Source: Tubulanus polymorphus (Eukaryota; Animalia; Nemertea). From it: a stretch of 64,000 nt of DNA. The DNA lies in NCBI RefSeq assembly GCF_964204645.1, contig NC_134026.1:1015950-1079949 (forward strand), given 5' to 3'. Position 1 is the stretch's first letter; every line of letters begins with the position of its first letter. The translations under genes were made by a program, and so were the position numbers. The notes below the pieces were generated by a model, which was not told the DNA's origin, searched no databases, and saw only the letters and a list, made by a program, of their open reading frames with translations. Positions 1 to 10,702 of this stretch are shown here, piece by piece.

Positions 1-288
1 GAAATTTTAAAATTTGAATAATGTGGGTCAGCAATAATGCATTTACTAGAATAACTTAATGCGGTATTAGTAAAATATCAACTTCCAACAGTATTTATTA
101 TATTCAGCACCTGCTGCGAGTGTGATCTGGAATTTGTCACTACTACGTGGCGCTAGTCTTAATAAAAGGATTTAGATCATTTTAAGGATTAGGGTTATGG
201 TCAAGTTAGAATTGGTACAAAATCATTAGGGAAACATAAAAGTCGCCTTGTGGCGCCTTAAGATCTTTTACCGTATTTTTAAGCACCA

Positions 289-432
289 GGGGCCGGTTGC
301 ATAGTCAAGGCTTAGACTACTAAAGACCAGTCTAAGACCAACTTAGTTCTATAGCCAATCTAACAACTTAAGACCAGTCTTAAGATTTAAGTCCGCTTTT
401 GGACTTAAGTCATGACTGTGCAACTGGTTCCA
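289..432. mobile_element. Short MITE-like element (GGGCC/GGACC-terminal family)
   Basis: Imperfect TIRs gggccggttgcatagtca / tgactgtgcaactggttcc; the internal aagaccagtct..tagccaatc core is shared with 2414-2540. Confidence 0.6.
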
Positions 433-473
433 GCGTTTATATAACCACTGTCTATGTTTTAATTTTGTTTCAG

Positions 474-666
474 ACACATCCTAGCGTTCGTATTAAGGGA
501 ACTGAAAGCGTGTTTAATCCTGTACAATGTATCGATCCAATGTGTCACAATAAGTCGACTCACATGCACTGCCCGTTCTGTACTAAAGTCGAGTCATTTC
601 ATGATCCGTTGATTTTGAAAGCTCACTATCGCGTAAAACATGTCGATAAAGGCATTGAATTCGCCG
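474..666 (+). CDS. Zinc-finger/coiled-coil gene, first visible coding exon (Castor-like C2H2C2H2 finger 1); the 5' part of the gene is probably upstream of the window
   Basis: Acceptor ttttgtttcag|ACA at 474 and donor GCCG|gtaag at 667. Encodes THPSVRIKG...CIDPMCHNKSTHMHCPFC...LKAHYRVKHVDKGIEFA. Phase 1 end joins the next exon in frame. Confidence 0.85.
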
Positions 667-710
667 GTAAGTTATTATTGATGATTGAGTCTGAATTTTC
701 AAGGTCTCTT

Positions 711-794
711 GTTGTGGCCGAGTGGTTTGAGCAATCTGTTTTTTACGTACTGGTCTCTGTGGGGTTCGCGGGTTTGAATCCGTAGGTGGTGCCA
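711..794 (+). pseudogene. tRNA-like/SINE-head relic in an intron
   Basis: A-box-like tggccgagtggt, B-box-like ggtttgaatcc, ends ...gcca; cloverleaf pairing is poor. Confidence 0.35.
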
Positions 795-990
795 CAATTT
801 CTCGGCCTCTCCTTTTAACACGGAAAATGAAAGATTGAAACTTCTGATAATGACGCGAGTGGCGCCTAGCAGGTAGAGGGATGAAAAAAGAGCTGGGATC
901 GTGGACAAAGAAATCATTAGTTTATTTATTACAGTTATAGGCCTATTTGCCGATCTTAGATTAACTAACATGGAGAAAGAAAGTGATTTT

Positions 991-1094
991 CTGGGTCCAG
1001 TTCCACAGTTCCGAGTTAAGATTTGACTTTGAGTTAACTCATTGAAAATGAACTAACTGTAACTCAGAGTTGACTCACAACTGTGTGAGTCCAG
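991..1094. mobile_element. Short MITE-like element (ctgg(g/a)(t/c)ccagttcca family)
   Basis: Starts ctgggtccagttccacagttccgagttaag, matching the ends of the copies at 13152-13239 and 48343-48420. Confidence 0.6.
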
Positions 1095-1264
1095 ATTTCC
1101 CATGCATTTCATTTGGTCCAACTGTTTCTCCGCGTTGGGGCAGGTTTACTGTTCTCTCTTATGGCAACTCCACTTCTCCAATATGAACAAATGAACTGAG
1201 CATTCGAGGTTTACATCTAGGTAACTTATTTTTCCGGATGATAAAAGAGATATGATTTTTGTAG

Positions 1265-1455
1265 GTTTGAAGATACTGCGGTGCTGTGAACAATGTGATA
1301 TGGTTGGTGCAATAAAAGGAGAGAAGAAATTTAAAGGCGCTCATTGGCATTGTTATCGGTGTCGAAATGGATTCAACCGAAGGGATGAAGCCATCAAACA
1401 TTATAAAACACATTTCAGAAATCCACAAACTACTTTTCAAATACAAATTTCTCAG
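1265..1455 (+). CDS. Zinc-finger/coiled-coil gene exon (finger 2)
   Basis: Acceptor tttttgtag|GT completes a Gly codon (phase 1); donor CAG|gtatg. Encodes LKILRCCEQC...HWHCYRC...HYKTHFRNPQTTFQIQISQ. Confidence 0.85.
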
Positions 1456-1541
1456 GTATGCTATCAGTGTTTTCAGCCAGGTTACGGGGAATCCAAATAG
1501 TTGATGAATGAATGTTTCAAACTATTTATTACTGTTTACAG

Positions 1542-1650
1542 GAAGTGAATCCGATACCGCAGTACGAGACGTCTTTCGGTGAAGATTTTACCGTAAGATC
1601 CAATTTGCCGACTAATGTTCTTAGCCATCATATGATTGAAGCTGGTGAAG
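1542..1650 (+). CDS. Zinc-finger/coiled-coil gene exon
   Basis: tgtttacag|GAA ... GAAG|gtaagt; open frame EVNPIPQYETSFGEDFTVRSNLPTNVLSHHMIEAGE; phases 0/1 fit both neighbouring exons. Confidence 0.75.
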
Positions 1651-2217
1651 GTAAGTGAAAAAGGGTTCATCAAGTACAAATAATATATGTACTTGATGAA
1701 CCCTTGCGAGTTTAATCGTACTCTGATCGTACCCAGAACGCGTCTCTGCGCGTCTAATTGTAAAAAATATTTGGATTTGTGCACCCCCTCCATCGAATCC
1801 TGGATCCCCCGCTGGAATATAGTTGAATTTAATTAGGTTATTCATAGGAGCCTAAATGTTTTTTGCTTGGTATGGGCTGATAAGTATGCCAAGTATTCTA
1901 CTATTTTATGTATCAATTAGGTTTTCGTCGTGGAAAAATGACCCGCAACACCCCTTTGGTGATCATACCCTCAAAAGCCCCTCAAATACCCCTCAAATTT
2001 CATATCGATGGTTCTGTAGGAACCATGTTTATGCAAACTTTCACTGATTGTAAGTATTCCGTACATGGAAGAGTTGGTGAAATTTCTACCACTCCATCAA
2101 GGTCATCAATGTCATTTTCTCAGTGACAAATCTTTGATTCTAAACTTTACGTTTGTTAAAATCTCATTTCGATGAATGTTCGAGGATATATGAGATGTTT
2201 GTTTTGTTTTAATGCAG

Positions 2218-2387
2218 CGTTTGTAAAAGATACTGAAGATAACGTCGTATCTGGTAAAGATTTAACCGATGTCAGCGCGAATGAAACAATAGGTGCTCAA
2301 ACTATAATGATTATTGAAGAACATCCTGATGGTTCATTACACCATGAAACGGCAAGAGCTATTGAATTCGCTACACCGGCTACAGAT
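2218..2387 (+). CDS. Zinc-finger/coiled-coil gene exon
   Basis: ttttaatgcag|CG (phase 1) ... GAT|gtacgt; encodes AFVKDTEDNVV...AQTIMIIEEHPDG...ATPATD. Confidence 0.75.
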
Positions 2388-2413
2388 GTACGTGTATTCA
2401 TATTAAAACATAG

Positions 2414-2540
2414 GAGTCTGTTCCACAGTTGTGATTAGATATACCATAAAGACCAGTCTTAGACCATTTTAGTCCTTTAGCCAATCAATCAACTAGGAAC
2501 CCGTCTTAAGATATAAGACAACTCATGACTGTCTAACCGT
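2414..2540. mobile_element. Degenerate copy of the 289-432 MITE
   Basis: Shares taaagaccagtct(t)agacca..tagccaatc..caact..gtcttaagat..tcatgactgt with 289-432. Confidence 0.55.
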
Positions 2541-2773
2541 TGAGTAAAAACAGTTGAATTTCTGTATTCTATTATCGTGATAAAAGGAATTGTCCCTCTT
2601 AACTATTCAATTGATTAATTTTGTTTTGAATTATAAGCCACTTACAAACCCGGAACGAAACTGGCGGTTTGATTTCGATTTTAACGAAGAGATGTAGTAC
2701 CTGATTCTGATAATTACTTGCTGTGGTTGTTAATTGATTTCTGATTGAATGATTACTGATTCAGTCGTTACAG

Positions 2774-2911
2774 TTTGCTGCACTATTAGATGAACGAGCT
2801 CGACTGGAGAAAACTGTCGAAGATCTGACCAAACAGAACGAACTTCTCGAACTGGAGAAAAGTGAAATGAAAGAGAATCATACAGTTGAAGTCGAACAAT
2901 TGAAATTACAG
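2774..2911 (+). CDS. Zinc-finger/coiled-coil gene exon (coiled coil); alternative in-frame acceptor at 2765
   Basis: ttacag|TTT ... CAG|gtatt; encodes FAALLDERARLEKTVEDLTKQNELLELEKSEMKENHTVEVEQLKLQ with a heptad Leu pattern; phase 0/0. Confidence 0.8.
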
Positions 2912-3338
2912 GTATTCAATTTCCACATAGTTCTTTAGTTCTGGGTAAAGATGAATAATTAGATACGATTTAACTTAGTCTTTATTTCTGAGTTGATTAT
3001 TGGATCAAACTTGATACAGTAAGCTTGACATAGATCCAATGATCAACTCTGAAATGGCTGCGTCAAACTCAGATTTTTGTTGAAATGTCTTACTTGGCCT
3101 ATGTACGAATAATATCACATTCAATGCGCTCTCGTAATATAACTCTCTCCGGTCAGAATAGATCTGACATCGAGTGGAGTATACTGAAAACAACTTGAAA
3201 TTTAGATGCAGGATTTATGGGCCGGTGTTAACTTCGACCTATTGGGGTTTCAATTGACTACTGGGTTAAGGTTTAGATCGAGTCTATGAAAAAATGGTTC
3301 CCTGCAGCGCTTGTGCTGAATGTTCATTTCTATTTTTA

Positions 3339-3490
3339 AGTACGCCTGATGATGGCTAATAGTGTTTAGACGAAACGTTATTCAAAATAAATCTCTTCAA
3401 TTCGAGAATTTTTCATCTCCGGACTGAATCATTGCGGGATTTTTCTCGTCATCCATCTTACACGGATAGTGCGTATCTTCACGACTCATT
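3339..3490 (+). mobile_element. Hammerhead-core short retroelement (Penelope-related), intronic
   Basis: CTGATGA(3346)-t-ggctaa/ttagac stem-GAAACGTT; boxes attgcgggatt and acacggat; flanked by direct repeat atttctattttta (3326-3338, 3491-3503). Confidence 0.65.
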
Positions 3491-3510
3491 ATTTCTATTT
3501 TTACTCGTAG

Positions 3511-4131
3511 GTTGCGGTTCAAGCGAATGCGATCACTAACTACCAAAAACGAGAACACGAACTTCTGAACCAACTTACGGCAAATCTAGACGATAAAACT
3601 CAGCAGTTGATGAATCAGTTGGAACGAGCTCATAAGGAATTATTGCGCAATCACATTACGCAAGCGAGACGGACGTATTTACAACAGCTCGAAAACGGTA
3701 ATTTACAAATAAACGTCGATTCCGAATCGACGACGAATTCAACGACTTTAAATATGCAGTTAACGACGATGTGTTTACCTCAGTCGAATACCGAATCGGA
3801 AATGAATCACGAATCGACGAACGAAACGACGTGGGAGATAGCGGTGAGCGAGCCGCAGAATCTCACCGCAACCGTTTATCAAACTACGGATAATAACAGC
3901 GCATACAGCGTCGAGCGGGACGATGATTCCGCCGCGGTTACCGACTCCGATATGGTCATTGTCTCAGCTGCTGACGACGGTAAAGATTTAGACGCCGCAC
4001 ACAAGTCCAACGATGATAATATCGTATCAGAGTTCGTAATCAATACTGACAATAGTAACAGTTGCGATGATAATAGAGCAGAATCACCGCCGCCTAAAAT
4101 ACGAAAAACTACCGAAAACCAACAATCATAA
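3511..4131 (+). CDS. Zinc-finger/coiled-coil gene terminal exon (coiled coil, acidic low-complexity tail, NLS-like PPPKIRK)
   Basis: tttttactcgtag|GTT is in frame with ORF 3607..4131; stop TAA; AATAAA near 4287. Confidence 0.85.
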   Translation, partial: VAVQANAITNYQKREHELLNQLTANLDDKTQQLMNQLERAHKELLRNHITQARRTYLQQLENGNLQINVDSESTTNSTTLNMQLTTMCLPQSNTESEMNHESTNETTWEIAVSEPQNLTATVYQTTDNNSAYSVERDDDSAAVTDSDMVIVSAADDGKDLDAAHKSNDDNIVSEFVINTDNSNSCDDNRAESPPPKIRKTTENQQS

Positions 4132-4409
4132 ACTAAACCAGAACTCAGTTCGTTGTAAGATATTTCATGGATGTTGTAGATAAAGGTTCAGAAATTTTCA
4201 GGTCACGTTTTTTCCGGTAAATTTCTTCTTTATTCATTTTGAAATTATTTTTTAGAAATATTTATGATATTCTACGTTGTAAGAGAAATAAAGAATATTC
4301 AATAGATATGAAATGAATGCGTTCAACTTTTCAGTGAAGCACTTTTAATCTCTATCTGACAGCTATAGTCTCATTGTTAATGATCTGATATTCCTTTAGA
4401 TGGCGGATT

Positions 4410-4841
4410 CGGTCATCCTTATTACCGAGATGATGTATTTTACCGAGATCAACCGAGATGAAATTAAATATAACATATTTATTTATTCCATATCGATTTT
4501 AACTATTGAAATCATATTATATCAGTAATAAATGCCTGCTGGGTTCATATTTTACATATTTTGTCGGATATTTTTGGAAAAATAACTTTTAACTTTATAC
4601 CGAGATGAGATCGTCGATCAATCAAATTCAATGAAATTTTATTGCTAACCGAGTTTACGTTTTTTGAGTCAAAATTTTTTTAGATAAAAAAATATATAAA
4701 ATATGACTCTAGGAGGTATTTATTACTGATATAACATGATTTCAAGTGTTAAAATCGATAAGGAATAAATAAATATGTTATATTTAATTTCATCTCGGTT
4801 GATCTCGGTAAAATACATCATCTCGGTAATAAGGATGACCC
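4410..4841. mobile_element. Non-autonomous DNA transposon (MITE) with ~115-bp TIRs and 8-bp TSD
   Basis: TIR ggtcatccttattaccgagatgatgtattttaccgagatcaaccgagatgaaattaaatataacatattt..., with its reverse complement ending at 4840; ggcggatt is duplicated at 4402-4409 and 4842-4849. Confidence 0.85.
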
Positions 4842-5067
4842 GGCGGATTGATTGTGCATTGATACGCTGCTTCACAAAATGTTCATTTTCACATTTGACT
4901 GAGTTTACGAGGAACTAGAGTACAGAAATCACTTGTAGGAACGCATGAATTTTCTGGTGTTCCCAGGGGTTATTAATCGGTTAGGCCCCCTTGGATCCAC
5001 CCCCGATTGTAAAAGTATCTCTGTCTAAACCTTGGAGTAATCATTTGACAAAGGTTTACCGCAATCG

Positions 5068-5239
5068 TAGTTAACTGACTCGGGTACGCGAAGGTCGGAG
5101 CTGCCCCACTCCATCTCTGGCATGCGAGTCATAGCTAACTCACTGACTCTGGTATGCGTAGGACGGAGCTTCCCCACTCCAACTCTGGCATGCGAGTCAT
5201 AGTTAACTGACTCTGGTATGCGAGGGCCGGAGCTAGCCG
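5068..5239. repeat. Minisatellite, ~2.6 copies of a ~64-68-bp unit
   Basis: Repeated unit tagttaactgactc(t/g)ggta(t/c)gcg...ggagct..cccactcca.ctctggcatgcgagtca. Confidence 0.85.
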
Positions 5240-6022
5240 CTTCTGAGTCTCGCGTGCAATTCAAAATAAATGCATTCATACGAAAAAGTCGCTATATCGA
5301 CGCATAGATTATATGATTATATCTACCTCTAGTCTAGTACCTAGCCGTCGTTCCACAAACAACCCCTACAACGACTGGTATTCACATTAATCTACCTCGT
5401 AATATCTACCATGAAACATTACCGTTCGGTAAATTAAAAACTTGCAGTATTTTCATCGTACTTCTTTCTCGCTTTATTTAGAAAATCGAAAAGGGACTGA
5501 CCACTTGAACGAAAATTGGCAAAAGCTGTTCGAAAATATGAATTGACCACAGAAGGGCACGGATTTAACTTTAACTGACGTATAGACTATCCCTACGGCA
5601 ATACCATTGATCTTGATTTATATTTCAAATCCTACGTTGATATACAGCCGCGGTTTATTGACATCCATTTCATGCTTCGTGGTGAAATATGACATAGCGT
5701 TGATTACAAGTTCTTTGGATTTATTGATATATATATATAGCTACAAAAATAGTGCGAGAATCATTGAAGACGAATCTGATTATCATATTTAATTCATGAT
5801 CACCCAGAAAAATGCGACCTATTTCACCACAATTATATATGGAATTCCTGGGAGCATATTCATATATATTTTCTCATACGAAGAAGACAATTAGTACGAC
5901 GCATTTCAACAGAAAAACTGGTTTTAAAAATTTCAGTGTCGTCGAGATCTATATTGTTGTATTATTGGCGCGATATCGCATATAGCTATCAAAATCGTGT
6001 TACGTATAGTTTAGTTAGAAAC

Positions 6023-7501
6023 ATGGGCGATACCTCTACGGCTCAACGAAGGCGCAGCTCCTTGAGCAAGTTCTTCGGTACAGGACGACGATCGAAAACG
6101 ATTTTGGAGAAAAAGGTAGCGTGGTTGGGAAAATGGATGGTCGGGGAAGAAGTAAAAGATGATGTACTCGCCAGATTGAGAGCCGAATACTCAACAAATG
6201 GTGGTATTAAGACAAGACTTAAACTGCTGCCTAGCGGTTTAAGTATGGGCGATAGGTCGTCGTTTTTTTCTGTGAGTCCTGAACAGTTTATTCCCGTCGA
6301 AGATATCAAGGATCTTATTCGCGACGATGTACAAACGAATACGGTTTTGTGTTTGTCGAAAAGAAACGGCGAGGTGAACGAAGTTACTGTATTCCGATGC
6401 AATACGGAATACGACTCGCGACAACTAGTGGAAGCCTATTCGCCGATGATAAGCAAAACGGGGGCCGGTTTTACCGTCGATCTACCGGAACCGGAACAAT
6501 CGGGAACTCCGTGGATGTTGAAGAAAAAGACGTACGGGGCAGACGCGGGTGAAGTTACTGATACTGTAACGGTAGTTCGACGTGAAACGGACGTCGTTGA
6601 CAGAGAACCGGTGCGAGTAGCAGTACCGAGTCATTCGCAGACGGTCGTTATCAAAGAGGAAATTACTACAACGACTAACGGAACAAACGGAGAGCACAAA
6701 AAATACTACCACAAAAAAGAACCGATATACGCGCAGGTGAACAAACTGAGGAAGAGATTCAAGCATTCCAGCACGCACGAAACGAAGAACAAACAACCTC
6801 AAAGAGAAACATCGACGATTACTCAAAAACCCGAATCTTCAAACCAGAAAGAAGTAACTACTACTACGATTACAACTGTCAACGGTAGAAATGATTATTT
6901 GCGCAGCAATCAGATGAACGGTCATCTCGGTTACAGTAATCAGGGTGAGATCGATTCTGTCGTTATATACGGAGATGGGTCGCCGAAAAACAAGCGCAGA
7001 TCGCAGACGACATTGATAGGCGAAGCTAAAGTGTTAGTCAGTCACGACTATAGGACTGGCTCGGTAACTGATTCAATGGATGATGATCTGATATACAGTA
7101 CGGCTTCCCGAACTGATTCCAGCCATTCTTCGAGACCACCCAGTGAAATCTTCTCATCCGCGTACTCAACTCCACCGATGCTTAACGGTGGTGTATCTAT
7201 GATACCTGGTGTCTCGTATCGTCCAGTCGCTAATACCGGGATACTGCTCATACCGACCGGTCTACGCAGGCCTCCTCCGCCGCACTTTTCCGTTATTAAA
7301 CCGATCGAAGACGTCTATAAACCAAAACTCCATCAACATCCACCGACAACAGTAGCGAACCACCACCCGGTCGTATACTCAACAGTCGGTCAGCCGATTC
7401 GACCGGATAGTCCGGTAGATTCAGAACCTTCATCCTCTCACACGGAGCAGCCCAGTTATTACGAGGTGGATCGCCGAGTACCAGTCAAACATATGTCATG
7501 A
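6023..7501 (+). CDS. Intronless PTB/PID-like domain adaptor protein (~492 aa) with a disordered Tyr- and Pro-motif tail
   Basis: Long ORF with first ATG at 6023 (MGDTST). The N-terminal region follows a PTB-like pattern (KVAWLGKWMV...LKLLPSGL...IPVEDI...VTVFRC...RQLVEAY). The tail contains EPIYAQVNK, LIYSTA, VVYSTV and RRPPPP. Fold assignment is by eye. Confidence 0.8.
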   Translation: MGDTSTAQRRRSSLSKFFGTGRRSKTILEKKVAWLGKWMVGEEVKDDVLARLRAEYSTNGGIKTRLKLLPSGLSMGDRSSFFSVSPEQFIPVEDIKDLIRDDVQTNTVLCLSKRNGEVNEVTVFRCNTEYDSRQLVEAYSPMISKTGAGFTVDLPEPEQSGTPWMLKKKTYGADAGEVTDTVTVVRRETDVVDREPVRVAVPSHSQTVVIKEEITTTTNGTNGEHKKYYHKKEPIYAQVNKLRKRFKHSSTHETKNKQPQRETSTITQKPESSNQKEVTTTTITTVNGRNDYLRSNQMNGHLGYSNQGEIDSVVIYGDGSPKNKRRSQTTLIGEAKVLVSHDYRTGSVTDSMDDDLIYSTASRTDSSHSSRPPSEIFSSAYSTPPMLNGGVSMIPGVSYRPVANTGILLIPTGLRRPPPPHFSVIKPIEDVYKPKLHQHPPTTVANHHPVVYSTVGQPIRPDSPVDSEPSSSHTEQPSYYEVDRRVPVKHMS

Positions 7502-9341
7502 ACCGTCTTAAAACCGATTCACCTCTGCGAGGACGTGACTTGAATATTTAACGATTCAATTTCGGATGAGGAATGTACATTTACAGTGATTATCGAGAAT
7601 ATTTTCTAAAATCTACTACTAATAATACTGGAGTAGAAAATGTATATATATTTACATAAAGTTTTACCCGAGAGCAGGGCAGCGAAGTTGTGGAGAATAC
7701 TCAACTGAAATAGAGTTGCGTGTAGTTATGCGATTAGATGTAAATTAAAACTTGTAAATTATGTGAAATATTAGTCGAAAGTTATGGACATGCGGAGTGA
7801 CAACGAAAAATATATTTGAAAAAAGTTTACATAGACGAATACGATTCAATCACAACTTTTCTAAGATTCCACATTATCATTCTCGAGATGAAACATCTAT
7901 TTGATAGTTTTCATATATGTGGACTCCTCCGTAAAGGTTGAATTCACGTTTAAATGCTGCAATGTTAATATCTGTATGCGTGTATGAATTTTTTCATTGA
8001 GATTAAATGTAAATTTTACTATGAATTTAGCGCTATTTTAATGTCGACAAAAATTCTATGAAAAGCAAGTAAATTTAGTTGGTGTTGATCGCATGCCTGA
8101 ACATCTATTATATTTTTGTATTTTAATTACTCGAAATCGAGGTTCGCTCGTTGAAAAAATATACATTATTTCCATAGTTAATTGTTTCGCTTATTCACGA
8201 CACTCACGTCTGAAATGTCACACTAGACTTGATCTTGTATTGGGCTAAATATATGTTTTTGGAACAAGCGCAGTTCATAAAACTGGATTGAATAAAAATC
8301 TATTGCGTGTTAGACTGATTGTAAATATAATATCAATCGATATTCATCAAATTCATAAGACAATTACAATTTTATTTTGATGGAAAGTTTTCTTGAAAAA
8401 TAGAACCCCAAATAGGTGCCGAACTTTTCAAAGATGACTACTTAATAGCTAACATCAAATTATTTGTTGTATTGTAATTTTTTATTTTCTGTTATATTAA
8501 AATCATTACCTCACCGGCGTTTACAGGGCAAAAATGTTTATAACAAAATGTGAAATATATGTGCTAACGGTCATAGTTTGGATAATTGCCATTTACCCTG
8601 TACTTTGTCCTAGTTAGGATAGACAGGTTTGACAACCCATAGCGATAATCATAATTCTAAATCTCATTTTTTTGTACGAGAAAAAAGCGATACTTTAAAA
8701 CTTGTTAAATTCGCCAAGAAGCATTGTATAGTCATACTCATCAATCATATAATAATATCAAACAATATTCTTGACTAATCTTATTTTTGGATGAATATGT
8801 TAGTTTAACGTGGTACATGCAATTTACATGTAGTAAATAAAGATATTATTGTTACTAATCCTAATGTAAGAAAAGATAAATTTTGTTTGGATATTTTGTC
8901 GTGAAAGGGAAATTCTCAAAACAAATCCGACGATTTCGCCGATAATTCATACGATATCGTTGCGTCATTGACTGGATTGATAAATGGCAATTTCTGAAAG
9001 TCTAAAATCTTGTGGGTGATGGTTTCCAGTTTCAGGCGGCAGATTTATGTTAGGATAAATGTCTGCGGCGAATAAAGACTGATTCGACCGGATAGTTCGT
9101 CCATAAATCCAGATTACGATTGTTTTATTGCTGATTAAAGTCACGTGGTAGACGCTACTGCTGTATCGTCGGTTGTTTAATTTTGATTGTCGATTTTCCG
9201 AGAAAAGAAGCCCGAAATATTACCGGAATCTGGCGACGGTCGTCATTTATTTGATAGCCGCTGAAAAAAACATGCCTTATAATTCTGGTTGGTTATTTCG
9301 ATGATTGTAGGTTCACTGCTGTGTGCTATACTCGACGCATC

Positions 9342-9408
9342 ATGTTTAAAATACGAGGATTTTCTATTATTTTCTATATCGTATTCGAAGCCTTTTTTCG
9401 CTTGTCAG
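9342..9408 (+). CDS. PAN/apple-like secreted protein exon 1 (signal-peptide-like)
   Basis: ATG..MFKIRGFSIIFYIVFEAFFRLS, donor G|gtaag; phase 1 matches the next exon. Confidence 0.6.
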
Positions 9409-9584
9409 GTAAGAAATAAACAGCTTTTACATGGACATTTTTTTTTTAATGCAATGCATACTGTACAACTATAGACCTTACACGTTTTAACGTTTTCCAC
9501 GCGTCCATGATGTAATAGATAGTTTTTCGAGAACAGAATTCAATGTTTTTTATTATTGAATTATTTATCATTATCTTGTTTTAG

Positions 9585-9818
9585 TCTGTTCGTCGCTATC
9601 TGGTTATATTTATTTTCGGGGATCATGCGCTACTATTGAGATTCCCGGAGCCAATCCCGATATACAGAGTGTCGACTTGTGCGCCGATATCTGTAATCAT
9701 TTCTCAAACTGTGTAGCGTTTCATTACAATTCTCTGAAGAACGAATGTATCCATTTTAACCTCACTCAATGTTTTGACGTTATCCCAGATGTACAGGATT
9801 CACTCTACATCAAATTAG
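9585..9818 (+). CDS. PAN/apple-like secreted protein exon 2 (domain 1)
   Basis: tgttttag|TC ... G|gtaat; encodes SGYIYFRGSC...SVDLCADICNHFSNCVAFHYNSLKNECIHFNLTQC...LYIK, with PAN-type CxxxC-x5-CxxFxY-x6-C spacing. Confidence 0.75.
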
Positions 9819-10077
9819 GTAATAATCCTTTTGAAAAATATATATGGTTAAAATCGTTTGAATTATTCGAAAATAAAAAAGCTATGGCGGACTAAAATTT
9901 GAAGTATTTCTTTAAGAAATACTGAATGAAGAAAATATTTTGAATTTTCACATTTGTGGGTTTGGATCTTTCATACATACTTAATAGACTGCGAATGATA
10001 TCAATTAATTTCGATGGTACTTTTTCATAACAAATCTGAATAATCTGAAGTAATTTGTGAGCGTCCGTTGTCTTTAG

Positions 10078-10308
10078 GTGTGTCAGGATTTCAATACGAA
10101 GAGGCTCGTTGTATGACTACAATATCGTCGTATAGATGGAAGGTCGGTACACCGTGGTCGTGTTCAGATCGCTGCAAGCTCGATAAAACATGTACGACAT
10201 TCATTTTCCGAGTAACGAATTTCACGAGTGAATGCGTCGTACCAAACTCCTGCAGACGCTACGAAACTGCGGCGAAAACGCAAACTTTCTACTACAATAG
10301 ATATACAA
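10078..10308 (+). CDS. PAN/apple-like secreted protein exon 3 (domain 2)
   Basis: tctttag|GT ... A|gtaag; encodes SGFQYEEARC...CSDRCKLDKTCTTFIF...ECVVPNSC...FYYNR, paralogous to exon 2; phase 1/1. Confidence 0.75.
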
Positions 10309-10702
10309 GTAAGATTAATAAACACTCCTTCAGGTATAGTTAAAGAAAGAATACGCCGTTTTGTGTGGAGGTAGGACAAAACAGCGGACTTTATACAAAA
10401 CCTGTTTGACACGACTTAATAAGACTGCTTTAACTACGAATTATTCAAAACGAAAAAAATATCATCTTCGAAAAAAGTTTTAGCCGGTTCATGAGAAAAG
10501 AGCCATAAAGGTAAGTTTCAAAGTGCTGATCCTCGTCACCGAGTTGAAAGCCATCGCTCGTTGTTGCACATTATTATTTGAACGTAACAGCTACAATACA
10601 ACATCAGATTAACTATTCATGAAATTCTTCAATGAAAATCTCGTCCCCCTTGCGGCAGTTAGACCTATAACCTGATATCCATTTGACGAACTTGTTTTTT
10701 AG

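Noticed and set aside
5068-5239. Repeat array considered as CRISPR-like
   Set aside because: Units are contiguous with no unique spacers, there are no cas genes, and the DNA is eukaryotic.
5936-6022. N-terminal extension of the 521-aa ORF from a GTG start
   Set aside because: Eukaryotic context; the first ATG is at 6023, and the ag at ~5934-5935 may be a 5'UTR splice acceptor.
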